Below, one piece after another: positions 23,601 to 36,533 of a stretch of 64,000 nucleotides of DNA; the stretch's first letter is position 1, and every line of letters begins with the position of its first letter. A model generated the notes under the pieces. That model saw nothing but the letters and a program-made list of their open reading frames with translations, was not told where the DNA came from and ran no database searches. The stretch comes from Gordius albopunctatus (lineage: Eukaryota), in assembly GCA_964276515.1 (NCBI GenBank), contig OZ193909.1, positions 12,896,001-12,960,000 of the forward strand, written 5' to 3'. The position numbers and the translations under genes were made by a program.

Positions 23601-26600
23601 AAGCGTATTTAAATGAAATATAACGATTAAACTATCTAATTCAAAATTTTGTTAAGGTGTACAAAACTAAATCTTTCAATTTTAGACACATTGTTATACA
23701 ATTAATCACTGCTTACATTAGTTATCTATATATATAAAGTAAAGTCTATGTATGTATGTGTGTGTGTGTATGTAAGGGCTAAATTCTGAAACTACCGGCC
23801 CGATTAGCGCGAAAATTAAAGCGTAGGTTCCCAGGGCGGCCAGGGGTGAAATAGCTTTTTCAGAATCCTAAAATTACTTTTAGTTTTAAAAAATGGCTTA
23901 ATTCTAAAACTACCGGCCAAATTCGCTCGAAACTTTACCCGTAGGTTCCCAGGGCGGCCAGGGGTAAAATAGCTTTTTCAGATTCCTAAAATACCTTTTC
24001 GTTTAAAAAATATCGGACATTTCCCGGCCAGTTTCATTTATAGGATCATATACAATAATGACGTCATACATACAAGGCTGAAATCCATCCTTCAATTAAT
24101 TATTTTATTATATTAAAGAAAATTGTATTTCAAATAAATCAGCTAACTAGAAAAATAAAATAATGGTATTATTGTATAATAAGTAACAGCATTGATCAGC
24201 AATTTTTTCAAAAACATTTAATTTTAGTCGGATTTGATGACTAAAACAGAATTCGCATTTGGTTTGTCTTATTATATATATACTAGTAATAGTGGGTTCA
24301 TAAAATGCATGACGTGATAAAATTCGTGCTCTAAATAAATATTATGGATATTTTATTTATTTGAATTATTATTTCATATATGACCCCATTTTAGATAAGA
24401 TTTATTAATAGGTTACACTTATTTAACCACTTAAGGACTGAGCCAAAGCAACGCTTAGCCGGGCACAGCTAGTATAAGCATAAAATAACTCATTCTACCA
24501 AAGGCATTTATACCCGTATTCGACTTGAACGGTCCTAGCTCGTTTGGTAAAATCGTTGTAGTGGACGCTCGGCTGCAGGACCACACCATTATTTAAGGGG
24601 TGATGGTTGGGGGGAGGTGGATAATAGGAGTTAGGAAGGGTTCCGGGGGGTGGCATACCCAGGAGGGAAGATGCCCCGCCCCCGCCTAATCTATCGAATA
24701 CTGAAGGGGGTGGAAGGGGTAAGAGTCCGGAGCCTGAGGGTGGTGCAGGAGGTTGAGGGTTACCCCCTGAAGCACTAACCCGTTCAAGGGAGAGAGCGGC
24801 GAGGGCGGCTGCGCTGGCAGCGGCCTTAGCCGTACTGACGGAACCCGTGGACGCGAGGTACTCTTCGTAGTAACGGCGGTAGTAAGGATGGCGCTCTACC
24901 CCTGCCTCACTCCCTCCATCCCTCGGGGGCGTTGCCCTCCGTGACCCCTCACGTGGGTAGTCCAAACGATCTATAATTCAAGCGTAGATTTTTCCAGAAA
25001 CATTCATCATATTCACAATAAAACTAAAAATTACATTTTGAAGCAACAATTATTAAAATTAGTGCTTAAATGGCTTGAAAACTTATATGTGTTTACACTA
25101 ATTTTGCATTTGATGAGTCACGCAAAGTTTTATAAGACCAAAGAAATATTACATTAACAACACCTATCTTCTTAATCAAATGGTTTAAAAATGTTCGTTT
25201 ACACTATAGAATAGAAAAGCTTGGAATAAACAAATATCAAAACCTCTATAAATTGGTTTCTCTTCTCTGTATAAGGGTGGTGGTGGTGGTGGTGGTGGTG
25301 CGTGATATTTAACATGCGCAGGGGGTGAATAAACGTCTTTTAATGGAGCTCGATCATTCCATGCATACGTTTTTCCTGGATACCTATCATGCAATGGCTT
25401 ATAATTTGTTGGTTCATAAGTGTATGAAGGTTGAGAAACTATAGCTGGACTTGGTGGAATTTTTGGGATGTAGGGTGTCATTGCATATACAGGGTTTGGT
25501 ATAATTCCATGGTTATATAATGGCTCTGCTAGAGAAATAGAAACTCTTATACAGGATATTTTAATCAAATTCATATCTCTTATATATAAAAATGAAACTA
25601 TGTATATATGCCGCCACCAATTTTGGAAAACTACCAGACCGATTTGGCCCAAAATTTCACAGTTTATTCCCCACACTCCGGAGCATGTTTTAAGATTTGT
25701 TCGAGCCAAATCGGTCCAGTAGTTTTCGAGTTTGTTTTATACGTTTTGACGTTTAATAGAATGTCAATCAAGCGCAACCTCATCGTGTTATTTGAAAATT
25801 TGAATATACAGTTCTTTAGTAAAAGTGTTTCACTTATAGTACTTTCTAAAACGTCATGCGTGTAGGTAGTGTAGTGTGATAAATGTAGGCATGTGCTGCG
25901 GAAAATGGAAACTTTTTACGCGCTTTGAAACATTAAATCAAAGTCATTTTTTTGCTTATTTTTCACGTCAATTATTATTATTATAGGACGGTCGTGTCCC
26001 CTCCTGCGTGGCTAAATAAATCAAAAAATCTAATTTTGTCATTTTTTGCGCGTTAAATAAGGAGAAAAATGAAAATACTTTTAACAAAGTCCAATAAATG
26101 TTGATATATCTCAGTTCTTCGGACATTATTAAGTTCAGAATTAAAAGTTTTATTCCAAAACAAATAATCATAATTATGATATTGTTTCTCAATTACAAAA
26201 AATTAAAAAACAAGGGCCAAAGAATTTTCCCTTGGGGGGGGGGCATGGGGCCAGGTTTTCTCTCTTGGGTGGGCCTGTGCCTTGGACCCTCTTTAACTAT
26301 TTGTTTAAAAATTATCAAACTTTACTTTTACTTCAATAACCGCTTTATCATCATATATGCCCTAAAATTCTAACATAATTTAATACACCCGGGTAAATGG
26401 CAAAACAACGTTTGCCGGGTTCATCTAGTTAAATATAGAGTAGCTTACATAGGGGTTGCCCTCACCCCATTAGTCTCAAATTTAAAAACATTTAATTAGT
26501 AAAGTTAACATATTTTTTGTATAATTGACAATGTTGTGCTGAGATTTTAAATGATTAAACATGCAAATTTATATAAAAGTAAATTTTATTCAACTTTTTA

Positions 26601-28251
26601 GTTAAATTTTTGTGATAAAGTTTATAAGCCTTGCCTTTTTATATAACATTTCTTCCCTCCTTAATGAGTGCTTGATGTATATACTCTTTAATTTTATACA
26701 ATTACCTTGAAAACGTTTGAATAGATCATATTTCTGCCCTTCAAATTTGAATTAACTAATTAACTTTTTAAAAAATATCAGATAATAAATAAAAGAATAA
26801 TTAAATATTTTTGCACAATATTAAAATAATTAATGTTTAAGGTATAACAAAGCTAAAAAACTTTTTTGCCCTTTGAAACATTCAAATTATAAAAGTGTTG
26901 ATTTATATCGTTACACCAAACAAAACAATAGCAAATGTTCAATACAACAAAGCAAAAGTGTTCTAGGGAAATTAGAAAAAAAAATATTATGATCCCAATA
27001 CTTAAAACCTGTTTTAAAGGTTTGATAACCTCATAATATAGACGCATGACATTAATGAAAAGTTAAAACAAATATGTGGCATGGATAAAGACAAAGTCTA
27101 AAATTTATTTTGGAAATAGATGGAGATTACACCTATTAATAATTAATCTTAAATTTCTTTACCAATATAAAAAATGACTTTACTAGCTTATTCAAATTTT
27201 GGCAGGAGAATTGTGTCCTCACAAGTAAAACTACACCTGAATTTGGATCACAAAATTTAAACTTATTATTGCCATGTTTTAGGAATATATCAGAAAAAAA
27301 TATCTTGTGGATGGGGTTGAAAAAAATAAATTATGGCAGTTATTAGCAAATTTTATGTTTTATATAAAAACACCCCCTCCCATGTAATCATGCACATGCA
27401 CCTGAATAAATAAAATAAACAGTGATAAAATTACTATAACATCAAATATTAGTCTGACTAAAAAATGATTTAAAGTTTCATTACCTTGTATAAGAGAATT
27501 CATATTATGAGTATAATCAAATGATAATGAATCATTTTTGGGAACATTTAATTCATTTGTCTAAAAAATTTAGTTAAAAAATGTCATATTAATATATATA
27601 CCTTTGCATATTCAATTTTGATGGTACAACAGTCTGCATATATATCACAGCCATGTAGATTCTGTTTGACATGTTGGGCAACAACTTCATCTTTAAATTG
27701 TACAAGTGCATGGAGCTCACTTTTATGGAAGATAACTATTTTATAAACCTATATACAATATGTTGATATTAATTTGAATAATAAACTTTGCCATAAGGTT
27801 CACATATTTTTGTTAAAATATCCACAGTTATTGGATACTTAGCATTTATAATAGTAAACATTAGGATTTTTGATGAAGGTACATGATCATCCCTTTGAAT
27901 GTTTATTATAAAATATAATGCAATTTTTACTTAGGTCTTTGAATGTTTTGGCTTGTGGAAAAATTGAAATAGCATGGTAAGCCATGAAGAAACAATGGCT
28001 TATGAGGCTAAAAAAATTAAAGCTATTTCATGATATATTACTGGCAAAGTATCCTTTATTAATTTAATTGCAGAATAAACGTCTTGAAATTCAATTAATG
28101 CTTGATTACTTTGAGGGATTAATAAAATATAATTAATATTGCCATATTTTCGCAGCAACAAACTTAAATCATCTTCTTTAACCTGGGGAGCTAAGCCCCT
28201 AACATGAATAACAGGAGATGGTGGTGGTTTTTTTGGATCAATAGTCTGCAT
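20644..28251 (-). CDS. HNRNPL: Heterogeneous nuclear ribonucleoprotein L family protein (4 RRMs, long Pro/Tyr/Gly-rich linker); start codon uncertain
   Basis: In-phase exons (5' to 3'): 28251-28042, 28007 or 27998-27931, 27892-27787, 27748-27602, 27560-27485, 25528-25244, 24970-24514, 23165-22871, 22334-21991, 21527-21265, 21082-20954, 20777-20644. Motifs PSPVIHVRGL, FNFSTSQNI, LHGCDIYADCCTIKIEYAK, LNVPKND..DYT, VIMVYGID..LNCDRLFNLFSVY, IKFLKSKEGCAMVE. Confidence 0.88.
23346..23535. mobile_element. hAT-type MITE (TGTTGTAAAAAGA family)
   Basis: TGTTGTATAAAGACC...GGTCTTTTTACAACACTG; TSD ATCCATAA/ATCCATAG; same family at 49523. Confidence 0.75.
23725..24472 (+). mobile_element. Non-autonomous Helitron in an hnRNP L intron
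   Basis: A|TCTATATATATAAA start, GTAT/GT microsatellite, internal duplication, end GCAACGCTTAGCCGGGCACAGCTAG|T, no TSD. Confidence 0.85.
25576..26428 (+). mobile_element. Non-autonomous Helitron in an hnRNP L intron
   Basis: A|TCTCTTATATATAAAA start; subterminal hairpin GGCAAA-ACAACG-TTTGCC then CTAG|T. Confidence 0.85.
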
Positions 28252-30043
28252 AATAAATAATTCACTGACAAATTAGTACAGGTAAAATAGTGTGTAAATT
28301 TTGGCGTAAATGCATTAGAAATCCCCATCATATGCCGACCTATACCAAGCAAATTAAATTCAGTGTGGAATATACTAAATCATAACCTATATTTGACCCT
28401 AACTCTAGGACTATACCTGACTTTAGAATCTAATCTTCAAAAAATATTGGAGTCGTATTGTAGGTATATGTTAAACAAATAGGCATTCAAATGAGTGGTG
28501 TAGTCCGCTTAACAAAATTTAAAACATTTTCTTGTGATTAATTAAAGATGAGTTAAAGGTGTTCATAGTTGCATATTGGATTAAAACTCTTATAAATAAA
28601 TAAAAGGTCATATATGCTCTTTTTTTGTATTATCATTTTTTTTCAAATTCACTTGCTGACTTGTTAAAAAAATAGTTGATTGAGCATTTCACACATTACC
28701 TGGCTATCGCACATCTAATAGGTAGCATTTTTATAAATTATAGGTATATTTAATTTGAATAATTGATTATTACCTTACCTAGCTTACCTATAAATCCTCA
28801 CTACCCAAAGAATTGTAGAAAAAGAATCCTGACATTCAACAAATGAATTAACTCGCAGATATCATTGAAACTTAAATAAAATCTATGAGTAGGAGTGTTG
28901 AAAAAGTGTATCATCAAATTTTTTACAAGCGGATTTTAAAGCTGATTTATATATTTTAGATCTAAAAAGCCTCGACTTGCCAAGCGGCAAAATGTTTGTA
29001 GTAATATTTAAATTGAATCCATTGAGGTTTATTATATATTATCAATATTTATCACGTGTTTGATTCCTTCATTAATAAATAAATGAACGTTTTCGATAAA
29101 AAAAAAAGGTGTAGCTAACTTGGAAATCTTGTTTCCGCAAAATCCGTCAATTATTGTGCCAGAAACTAGAAGATTTTTGCCAAATTTTACCCTAGTAATT
29201 TAAACAGCATAAACATCAACCTAAAATCAGAAAATGATTTATGGTCTATGGCTATGTGTAAAATTCAGGAGACCAGTGATCCTAAGAGTGCTCTCGACAG
29301 CCTAACAGCTTTTAAAATTACAATATGACCACACTTTTTTGTCTCCCCATAACTACAGCACAAATAAGCGAAGTTTCATGATCAGGAGATTGAAACCCTA
29401 TTTAAAAATAGTATGTGAAAACATCGATTTAAATGCTCCCATCTCAACAATCGTTGGGCAAAATAATAATCGACATTGTTTAATAAATATTTTTTTTATA
29501 ACATTTTTTATTCTATACACAGAATTTATATCTATATCAGAGGTCAGATGTATTTAATTTTTTCAGTCATAAACTGGCACTTTACGTGTGCCGCCCGAAC
29601 ACTTTTAAGAGTCTCAGTCATCCCTGAATTATTAAAGCTGTCCGGCCGACAAGACATTTAAATTTTGAACATTAATTTAGTTCTATTGATAATTTTCTAA
29701 TTTAATTCTCTAATTGTTTTCTAATAAGAACTACAATTAATAATTATTAATATACACACAAACACCCAAGTGACAAAATAATACACTAAAACAAAATAAA
29801 ATACTAAAGAATCTTATTAATTAATTGTCCAATCTAAATTACGAAAGTAGAGGGCAAAGAAAAAAATTGACATTTCTCCCCTTCATGATAAAATCCTGGC
29901 TGTGCGCTTGATCCAAATGCAATAAAACTTATTTAAATTAGATTAGAAGCTCTTGAACATTAAAACCATTGCCGACTACTTATTTGCAATTATTTTTTAA
30001 AGTTGGGTATTAAATAGAAATAGGATAGATAGTAATTAGATTT

Positions 30044-30488
30044 CGTTCGTGATGACGCGCGAAGCGAAAAAAACGAAGAGAATATTTGGGCTAATTTATC
30101 AAACTCTTCATTCTTTTTCTTAATATCTTTATATTCATCGTGAAATTTATCATATATCAATGGTATTGCACAAATATCATTGATAAGATCGTAATTATTC
30201 TATAAACATATAAAATTATATAAAAAATACATACATACCAAATTCAATTTTTTAACCATCGCGCGAAAAGTAGAAAAGGATTTGCATCTTATTTTCGTTC
30301 GCTTTTTGCCGCGGGCGAAAATAATCGTCTGCGTTACAATTTTTATTTTCGTGATATATGATAAATTTTACGATGAATATAAAGATATTAAGGAAAAGAA
30401 TGAAGAGTTTGATAAATTAGCCCAAAAATTCACTTCGCTTTTTTTCGCTTCGCTTTTTTTTCGCTTCGCGCATCATTATGAACGCCCC
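30044..30488. mobile_element. Foldback MITE with about 115-bp inverted arms
   Basis: 30044-30159 is a near-perfect reverse complement of about 30352-30485; right end GAACGCCCC. Confidence 0.8.
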
Positions 30489-30888
30489 GTTACAGTGTTA
30501 TTGTGTAATTTTAGGTTTTAAAAGCAGCTATCAAAAGACGCCATATATGGCTATAAAATTATCAATTTCTAAACGTATGATTTTATTTAAAAACATTTAA
30601 ATTTGAATCTACAAATATTGTTAGCACAAACCTTCGCTTTTAATTTGAGTGCACACGGTCTTGATTGTCACCATAAGTTTACATTCCATAGCCATTTAAA
30701 AGTTAACAAGAAAATCATAGATTTTTACTGTGCACAATTTTTTATCTAATCAAATGTTTTAGCAATAAATAAAACATTAAAAATATTTTTGATAATTCAA
30801 AGTTGACACTATGTGAAGTCAAAATAGATATGGGGCCGACAAATCATTATTTAGTGACGATGTCTTTTTTTATAAAAACATCTTAGAT

Positions 30889-31354
30889 AATTACTTAGGA
30901 AGGCTGGCTACCCAAACACCTTGGAGCCCGTCGGCCTTACCACAACCGACGGGAAAAGAGTAGACGGTGTCACACTCATTCCATGGTACTGAATCTAACC
31001 TGGGATTTACCACGGTCAACATATTTGACCCATCCAACTCCTCTCCAGACTCAGTGCCCCCCTCGTGGATACAATATTCATTTTTGTAGTGGTAACCACA
31101 GTCTGAAATTTAGGCACTGAAATCTCGCTCTCTTGAAACAAATCGGAAAAGCGATATCTAACGTCTTATTATATTTTAAAGAGTACATTTTTATCAGAAA
31201 AAAGATCACAATGGAAATTGTTAAATATAACACAATTTCCATACACGGATCAATGCCATCCGTGTAGTTTTAGCGCGTTTTAATAGTTTTTTAGTTGTAA
31301 ATGTAATTTTTTTATACTAACCAATAAAAGACTAGTTATATTATTTAAAAAAAA
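30889..31354 (+). mobile_element. Decayed 3' fragment of CRE-type family A
   Basis: Aligns by eye with 7638-8143 (ACTTAGGAAGGCTGGCTACCC...CCATACACGGATCAA...poly-A). Confidence 0.85.
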
Positions 31355-31616
31355 TTATGAGGTTATAAATTTATATATATCAGTGCTAAAAACTTAAAAT
31401 AATTAATTGGTTTTATTTAATTAATTTTTAATTAAAGCTTTTTAACTTATTTAACTTTATTTTATCGTCAAATTTAGACCTATTCCAAAATAAAATCATC
31501 ATATCATTTTTTAATGTTTATAATATATAATATATTATGAAAGCTTGTTAGTAATAGGCAAAGTTACTATATTTTCATATCTAACTAGTGAAAAAGTCAA
31601 TTAAAAATCAAGTTAA

Positions 31617-33513
31617 CACCTAACTAGGCTTCGGGGTCAAAGGAGGGTGCGAGATAGCTACCCATGCCGCACGCTTAGCCATGGAACACCTCCCTCTGGG
31701 TGACTCCTTTATAAAACTGGATTTTAAAATGCTTTCAATAGCATTCGCCGCACTGCCTTCATTAATGGTTTTACCAAGCTATTTCCCCAATACACCAACT
31801 ACATCATTTTAAGTTACGGATGTCCTTCGATTTTGAAATTTGGAGAATTCTTCCTTGAATCCGCAGAAGGGATCCAACAAGGAGACCCCCTAGGCCCCCC
31901 TTTATTCTGCTTGGCTATAAATTACCTAATTAACGAAATTAGCAAACATTGTAAACTCACCCTTAATGTCTGGTATCTCGATGACGCCACTCTTGTTGGC
32001 ACTCCTGACAACCTAGTCCAAGCACTAGAAGTAATACAAGCTTTCTTCCCCACTTTATACTTATGTTTATACGCCTCTAAAAGTGAAATATATTCTTACT
32101 TGGATACCATTCACCCAAAGTTTTTTGACTTTGCCAAAACTAAAAAAGACAATATGTATGTTTTAGGCGCACCTATAGGGGGCCCTGAATGTTTCAAAAA
32201 AATTTTAGACAAAAACCTCTCTTTTTTAAAAACCAAATTAGACATTTTTAAATCTATGCCCTCTCATCATTCCCTTTACATTATAAAAAATTATTACAAC
32301 ATTAGCAAAATTTTATTCTGCTTCCTCTCCACGCAGGCTTTTTTATTTAAAGATGTTTTACACAATTATGAACACTTTTTTAAATTCACACTTAGATTAA
32401 TTTTAAATATTTCTTTTAACACAAATACTTGGCTTCAAGCCACACTTCCCACAAAATCCGGCGGTCTAGGTATTCGCTCCCCAATTGCGATTTCCTTAGA
32501 CGCCTTTATTTCCTCCTCCCTTTCTTTTAAACAATCTATTAACGAGCTTGTCCCTTTCTCACTCAACCCCTCTATCAATCAAGCCTTATCTCTATGGGAT
32601 GAGAATGTCAATTTAGGAGTTGACATTACACAATCATATTCCCAAAAAGATTTGGGTGCAAGTTTGGTGTCGCGATCCGTTGCTTACCTTCTCTCGACAT
32701 GCGACGCCAAACAGCATTGCAATCTTAGGACATTGGTTTTCGACCAATCCGGTCATGAATGGCTTGAAGCTTACCCTAGTAAGTTTTCGGGAATGTTTTT
32801 AGAGAACCCTACCCTGTCCTTCAACATAGCCCTTCGCTTGGGCTGTAAATACACGTTTCCATACCCCTGTCGGCTTTGTAATTCACTTGTAGATGAGGAA
32901 GCGCGTCACCCTCTGCATTGTAAATTTAACAAAAGGCCGTATAGTAGGCACCAAAAAATAAATACACTGCTTCAAGCTGCCCTCAAACGGGCAAAAGTTC
33001 CTTCGATCCTTGAACCTTCAGATCCCTCTCTCGAAGGGTCCGGACGGTTCGTCACTTATCCCATGGGACAAAGGCCTTTTCCTAAAATGGGACTACACCT
33101 GTATTGACCTATTTACCCCCTCCAACGATACTCACGACCCCCTAGGATCGGCAGAGCATAGGAAATCCTTAAAATATTCAGCTTTATCCCAAACCTCGAT
33201 TTTTATTTCTATCGTCTCGTCGTGCTCAGGGACGTTTGGGAAGAGCACATTAATTTTTTTAAAGAACTCAATAAACGCTCGCTCCCTTCTAAAATATCGA
33301 TTAGTTTTTTACTAAGACAATCAATTGCCATTGCAATCGCTAAATCCAATTTTTTTATTCTTTGATGGACTCAATGCCCATTCTTAAAGAAGATGAAGAA
33401 ACGGATAATATGTTTTAATCATTTTTTTATAAATCTTTTCGTTCTTGTATCTTTTTATTAATTCCACTCTATATTTAATACTTTTTTTTAATAAAGCATG
33501 TCAATTAAAAAAA
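31617..33513 (+). mobile_element. 5'-truncated CRE-type non-LTR retrotransposon, family B (RT, zinc knuckle, RLE)
   Basis: LGFGVKGGCE, GIQQGDPLGPPLFCL, WYLDD, LPTKSGGLGIR, CRLC..HPLHC..RH, PDG..LIPW..LKWDYT; frameshifts; AATAAA and poly-A. Confidence 0.92.
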
Positions 33514-33554
33514 GTTTAAATCAGCTATGTGCATCCCTTACTTTAGTTGGGAAC

Positions 33555-34125
33555 TTACAGGCGTGGATTCCTTCAAACATTTAAGATCAACACTTCAATC
33601 GGGTGGTGGGAATAGATAAAGAAATCCAAGCAGGGATTAATTCTGGATGGCTCAAATGGAGAGACTTAACAGGCGTTCTGTGTGACAAAAACATTCAAAG
33701 AAGACTAAAAAGTGCACTGCATAGGTCCATCATACAGCCAACAGTCCTGTATAGCTTGGAATATTGGGCTAAACGTATATGGAAAGAGCAGCGCGTTGCT
33801 TCCATGGAAATCAGAATGTTAAGAGTAAGCAAAAAGGAACGTAAGCGAAATGAAGAAATAAGAAGAAATTAGAGTACAACAGCTATTATAACAAAGCTCC
33901 TAACAAACAGATTAAGATGGTATGGCCATGTCGAGACAAGGGACGATAGCTACGTCGGAAAAAAATGAGAAGATAAATTTCGCAGGAAATCTAAAGAGAG
34001 GAAGACCCAAGCTTACGTAGATTCTTAAAATAAGGCACGATATGAAAATTCACAATATAAAGAAAGATCTATGTAAATATAGAGACAAGTGGAAGCATTG
34101 TTGAAAGGACAGACCACCAGCTTAG
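33555..34125 (+). mobile_element. Decayed 3' fragment of an RTE retrotransposon
   Basis: GWLKWRDLTGVLCDK..LKS..IIQPTVLY, then RLRWYGHV and RGRPK. Confidence 0.85.
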
Positions 34126-34828
34126 GTTGAACAGTCATTTAAGTTAACTATCTCTAACATTTAAAGCAATTTTTTTTTATAAATTAAATAAACTGCTCCC
34201 TGTTTTTAATGGGTTAATATCACCAGGGCCTCTTCTAGATATGCCTTATAATTCCTAATCTCAATAATCAAAATGCACACAAACTATTGTTAGCTATTGA
34301 AAATTTTAGACCTGTACAGCTTGGAACTTTATTTTAATCTTACTTCGAGATACTACTTTAATTCAAAAATAAGACTAGTAAAAGAAAGTTTTTAATATTG
34401 TTATAACTTTGAGCCTAAGTAATTATTTAATAATATAAACTGTCTTAAAAAATCAGCGAAATCAAGTACTTTTTGAAATAAAAACACTCATACTAAATTT
34501 ATTAATAATGGCCTTTAATTGATTACTATTATTAATGATGTTAAAAACCTTGAGAAATAGTCATAGATCTATAATTAAAACATGTATCTACAGGTATTAA
34601 CTAGTAATACGGCGGTAAACTCCGGATGAGTTAATGTTTAAAGGAAGAGCAATTACTCTTTCGAATTTAACACTACAAAGATACATTCATTATTTATAGG
34701 CATATTATTCGATTGTTTTTGACTATAATAAACTAAAGCATGTTTACGTATATGATTTAGTGAATCCTCATATGTGTATATTTTTATTATTGCGAATAAT
34801 TTTAAATCCTACAATTATTTTAGTGACC

Positions 34829-35905
34829 ATGCTTCCATTTAATTCACAATATGTTAACCTATCAATGTTAAGCGAAAATTTAGATAATCACACTCAAGAG
34901 GAAATTGTTTCTCAAATTTATTCCAATGCTGAATATTGGATCAATACGTACGTTATTCCCATCCTTATCCTAAATGGTTTAATAGGGAATACGATAGTTA
35001 GCTTTGTATTAAAGTCTCTCGCATCAAATTCTAATGTACCCGCTTATTTGTATCTAAGGCACTTGGTTTTTACTGACTTAGCAACTTGTTCCTTATTGAC
35101 TATTTACGCTTTAAGATCGATGGGTAAATTCTTAGGCTGGAACTGGATTTACCAACAAATATTCGTCATAATTTTTACAAAAGTCGTCTTTGTCATCATT
35201 AATTACTGTATGAAAGTCAGTGTATGGATTATTGTAATATTCACTCTTGATCGCTACGTTATGATCTGTCAAGTACTCAAGTACAAAATACTGTGCACGT
35301 TGACAAATACTAAAAGAACTTTATGCATTCTGTATATTTTGTGCGCAGTGTGGATGGTACCCCTTTACATTCGTTATCGAGTCGTTCAAATACCATGCCC
35401 AAATCGTATAATTTCGGGTTTTCCGCAAAATAACTCGTTATCCTGTTTTGGCTTTTCTTTGCCTACAAAATCTTCTCCAGGATACGAGATTTACGAAATA
35501 ACTAGAGAAATATTCATGACCTACATTCCTTTAATGATTTTAATTTGTGTTAAAATAAGGATTCTTTTCGCCTATAAGCGAGTTATAAATATGGTACCAT
35601 TTAAGAATAGTAACAAATCTTGTAGGAATAAGACGATGAGGGATGAACGTCAATTGACCATTATAATGGCCGCCATTATGAGTTTGCTTTTAATTTGTTT
35701 GACACCGTCCTCAATAGTTACCATCATAGATACGATATCTGCTCATAAGTGGCGAATTAAAAATAATACATTCAACACAGTCAGCAATCTTTTGGAAATA
35801 TGCAATTATTCTCTAAATTTTTACATTTACTGTTTTAGCAGTTCCCTTATAAGATTAAAAATTTGGGACGTGCTGAGCGGGCGAACGCTTGCATTGGATA
35901 GATGA
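34829..35905 (+). CDS. Intronless class A peptide-type GPCR (FMRFamide/myosuppressin receptor-like group); start codon approximate
   Basis: Seven hydrophobic segments; GLIGN (TM1), YLRHLVFTD (TM2), TLDRYVMIC (TM3), LLICLTP (TM6), NYSLNFYIY (TM7). Confidence 0.9.
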   Translation: MLPFNSQYVNLSMLSENLDNHTQEEIVSQIYSNAEYWINTYVIPILILNGLIGNTIVSFVLKSLASNSNVPAYLYLRHLVFTDLATCSLLTIYALRSMGKFLGWNWIYQQIFVIIFTKVVFVIINYCMKVSVWIIVIFTLDRYVMICQVLKYKILCTLTNTKRTLCILYILCAVWMVPLYIRYRVVQIPCPNRIISGFPQNNSLSCFGFSLPTKSSPGYEIYEITREIFMTYIPLMILICVKIRILFAYKRVINMVPFKNSNKSCRNKTMRDERQLTIIMAAIMSLLLICLTPSSIVTIIDTISAHKWRIKNNTFNTVSNLLEICNYSLNFYIYCFSSSLIRLKIWDVLSGRTLALDR

Positions 35906-36533
35906 ATTTATCTCATAGAAAATTAATGGAAGTGGTTGAATGACATAGAACTCTATTTTATGATCGAAGTGACAACATATTAATCTAAATGTCATACCCA
36001 TATTTAATGTCACAATATTAATGTGATATTCTATTTTCTGCATACTTTAATATAAAAAATGTGTTGTAATTAAAAAAGTTTTAATTTGATATATATTGAA
36101 TTGCTTTTATGGGCTATTAAAAAATAATGGTTAATGCGCTTAACGAATAAAATTATGATACTATTTGAATTTAAAATAATTGTAAAAAATTAAGAATTTA
36201 TTTACAGTAGCGTTTTAAAACTGTGATCATAAAATCTAATATGATTCAGTCATCAGGTCGGGATTATATTATTTAAAAATCTTGTATAAATTAAATTCAT
36301 GTTAACATTATTTCTTAAGATATTATATCCATTCACAAGCTCTGGAGGTTATTAAAAATAGTAATTTTTTGTTATTCTTAAATTCTAAAAATTAGGGTAC
36401 GAAAATACAAAAATATGAAATTAAATGTTTTAAATCAATTGGCACTCAAATCTAATATTCGCTTTCACAAAGCTACTAATTTATTTCTTTTTAATCTTGT
36501 ACATTACCAGTGAAAAGGTTATAACCCATATAT

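Noticed and set aside
24495..25709. Separate proline-rich genes
   Set aside because: Both segments splice in phase between RRM2 and RRM3 of hnRNP L; the extra 5' part of ORF 25185-25709 is Helitron and intron sequence
30282..30521. 79-aa membrane protein ORF
   Set aside because: Lies almost entirely within the foldback element, with no start or splice support
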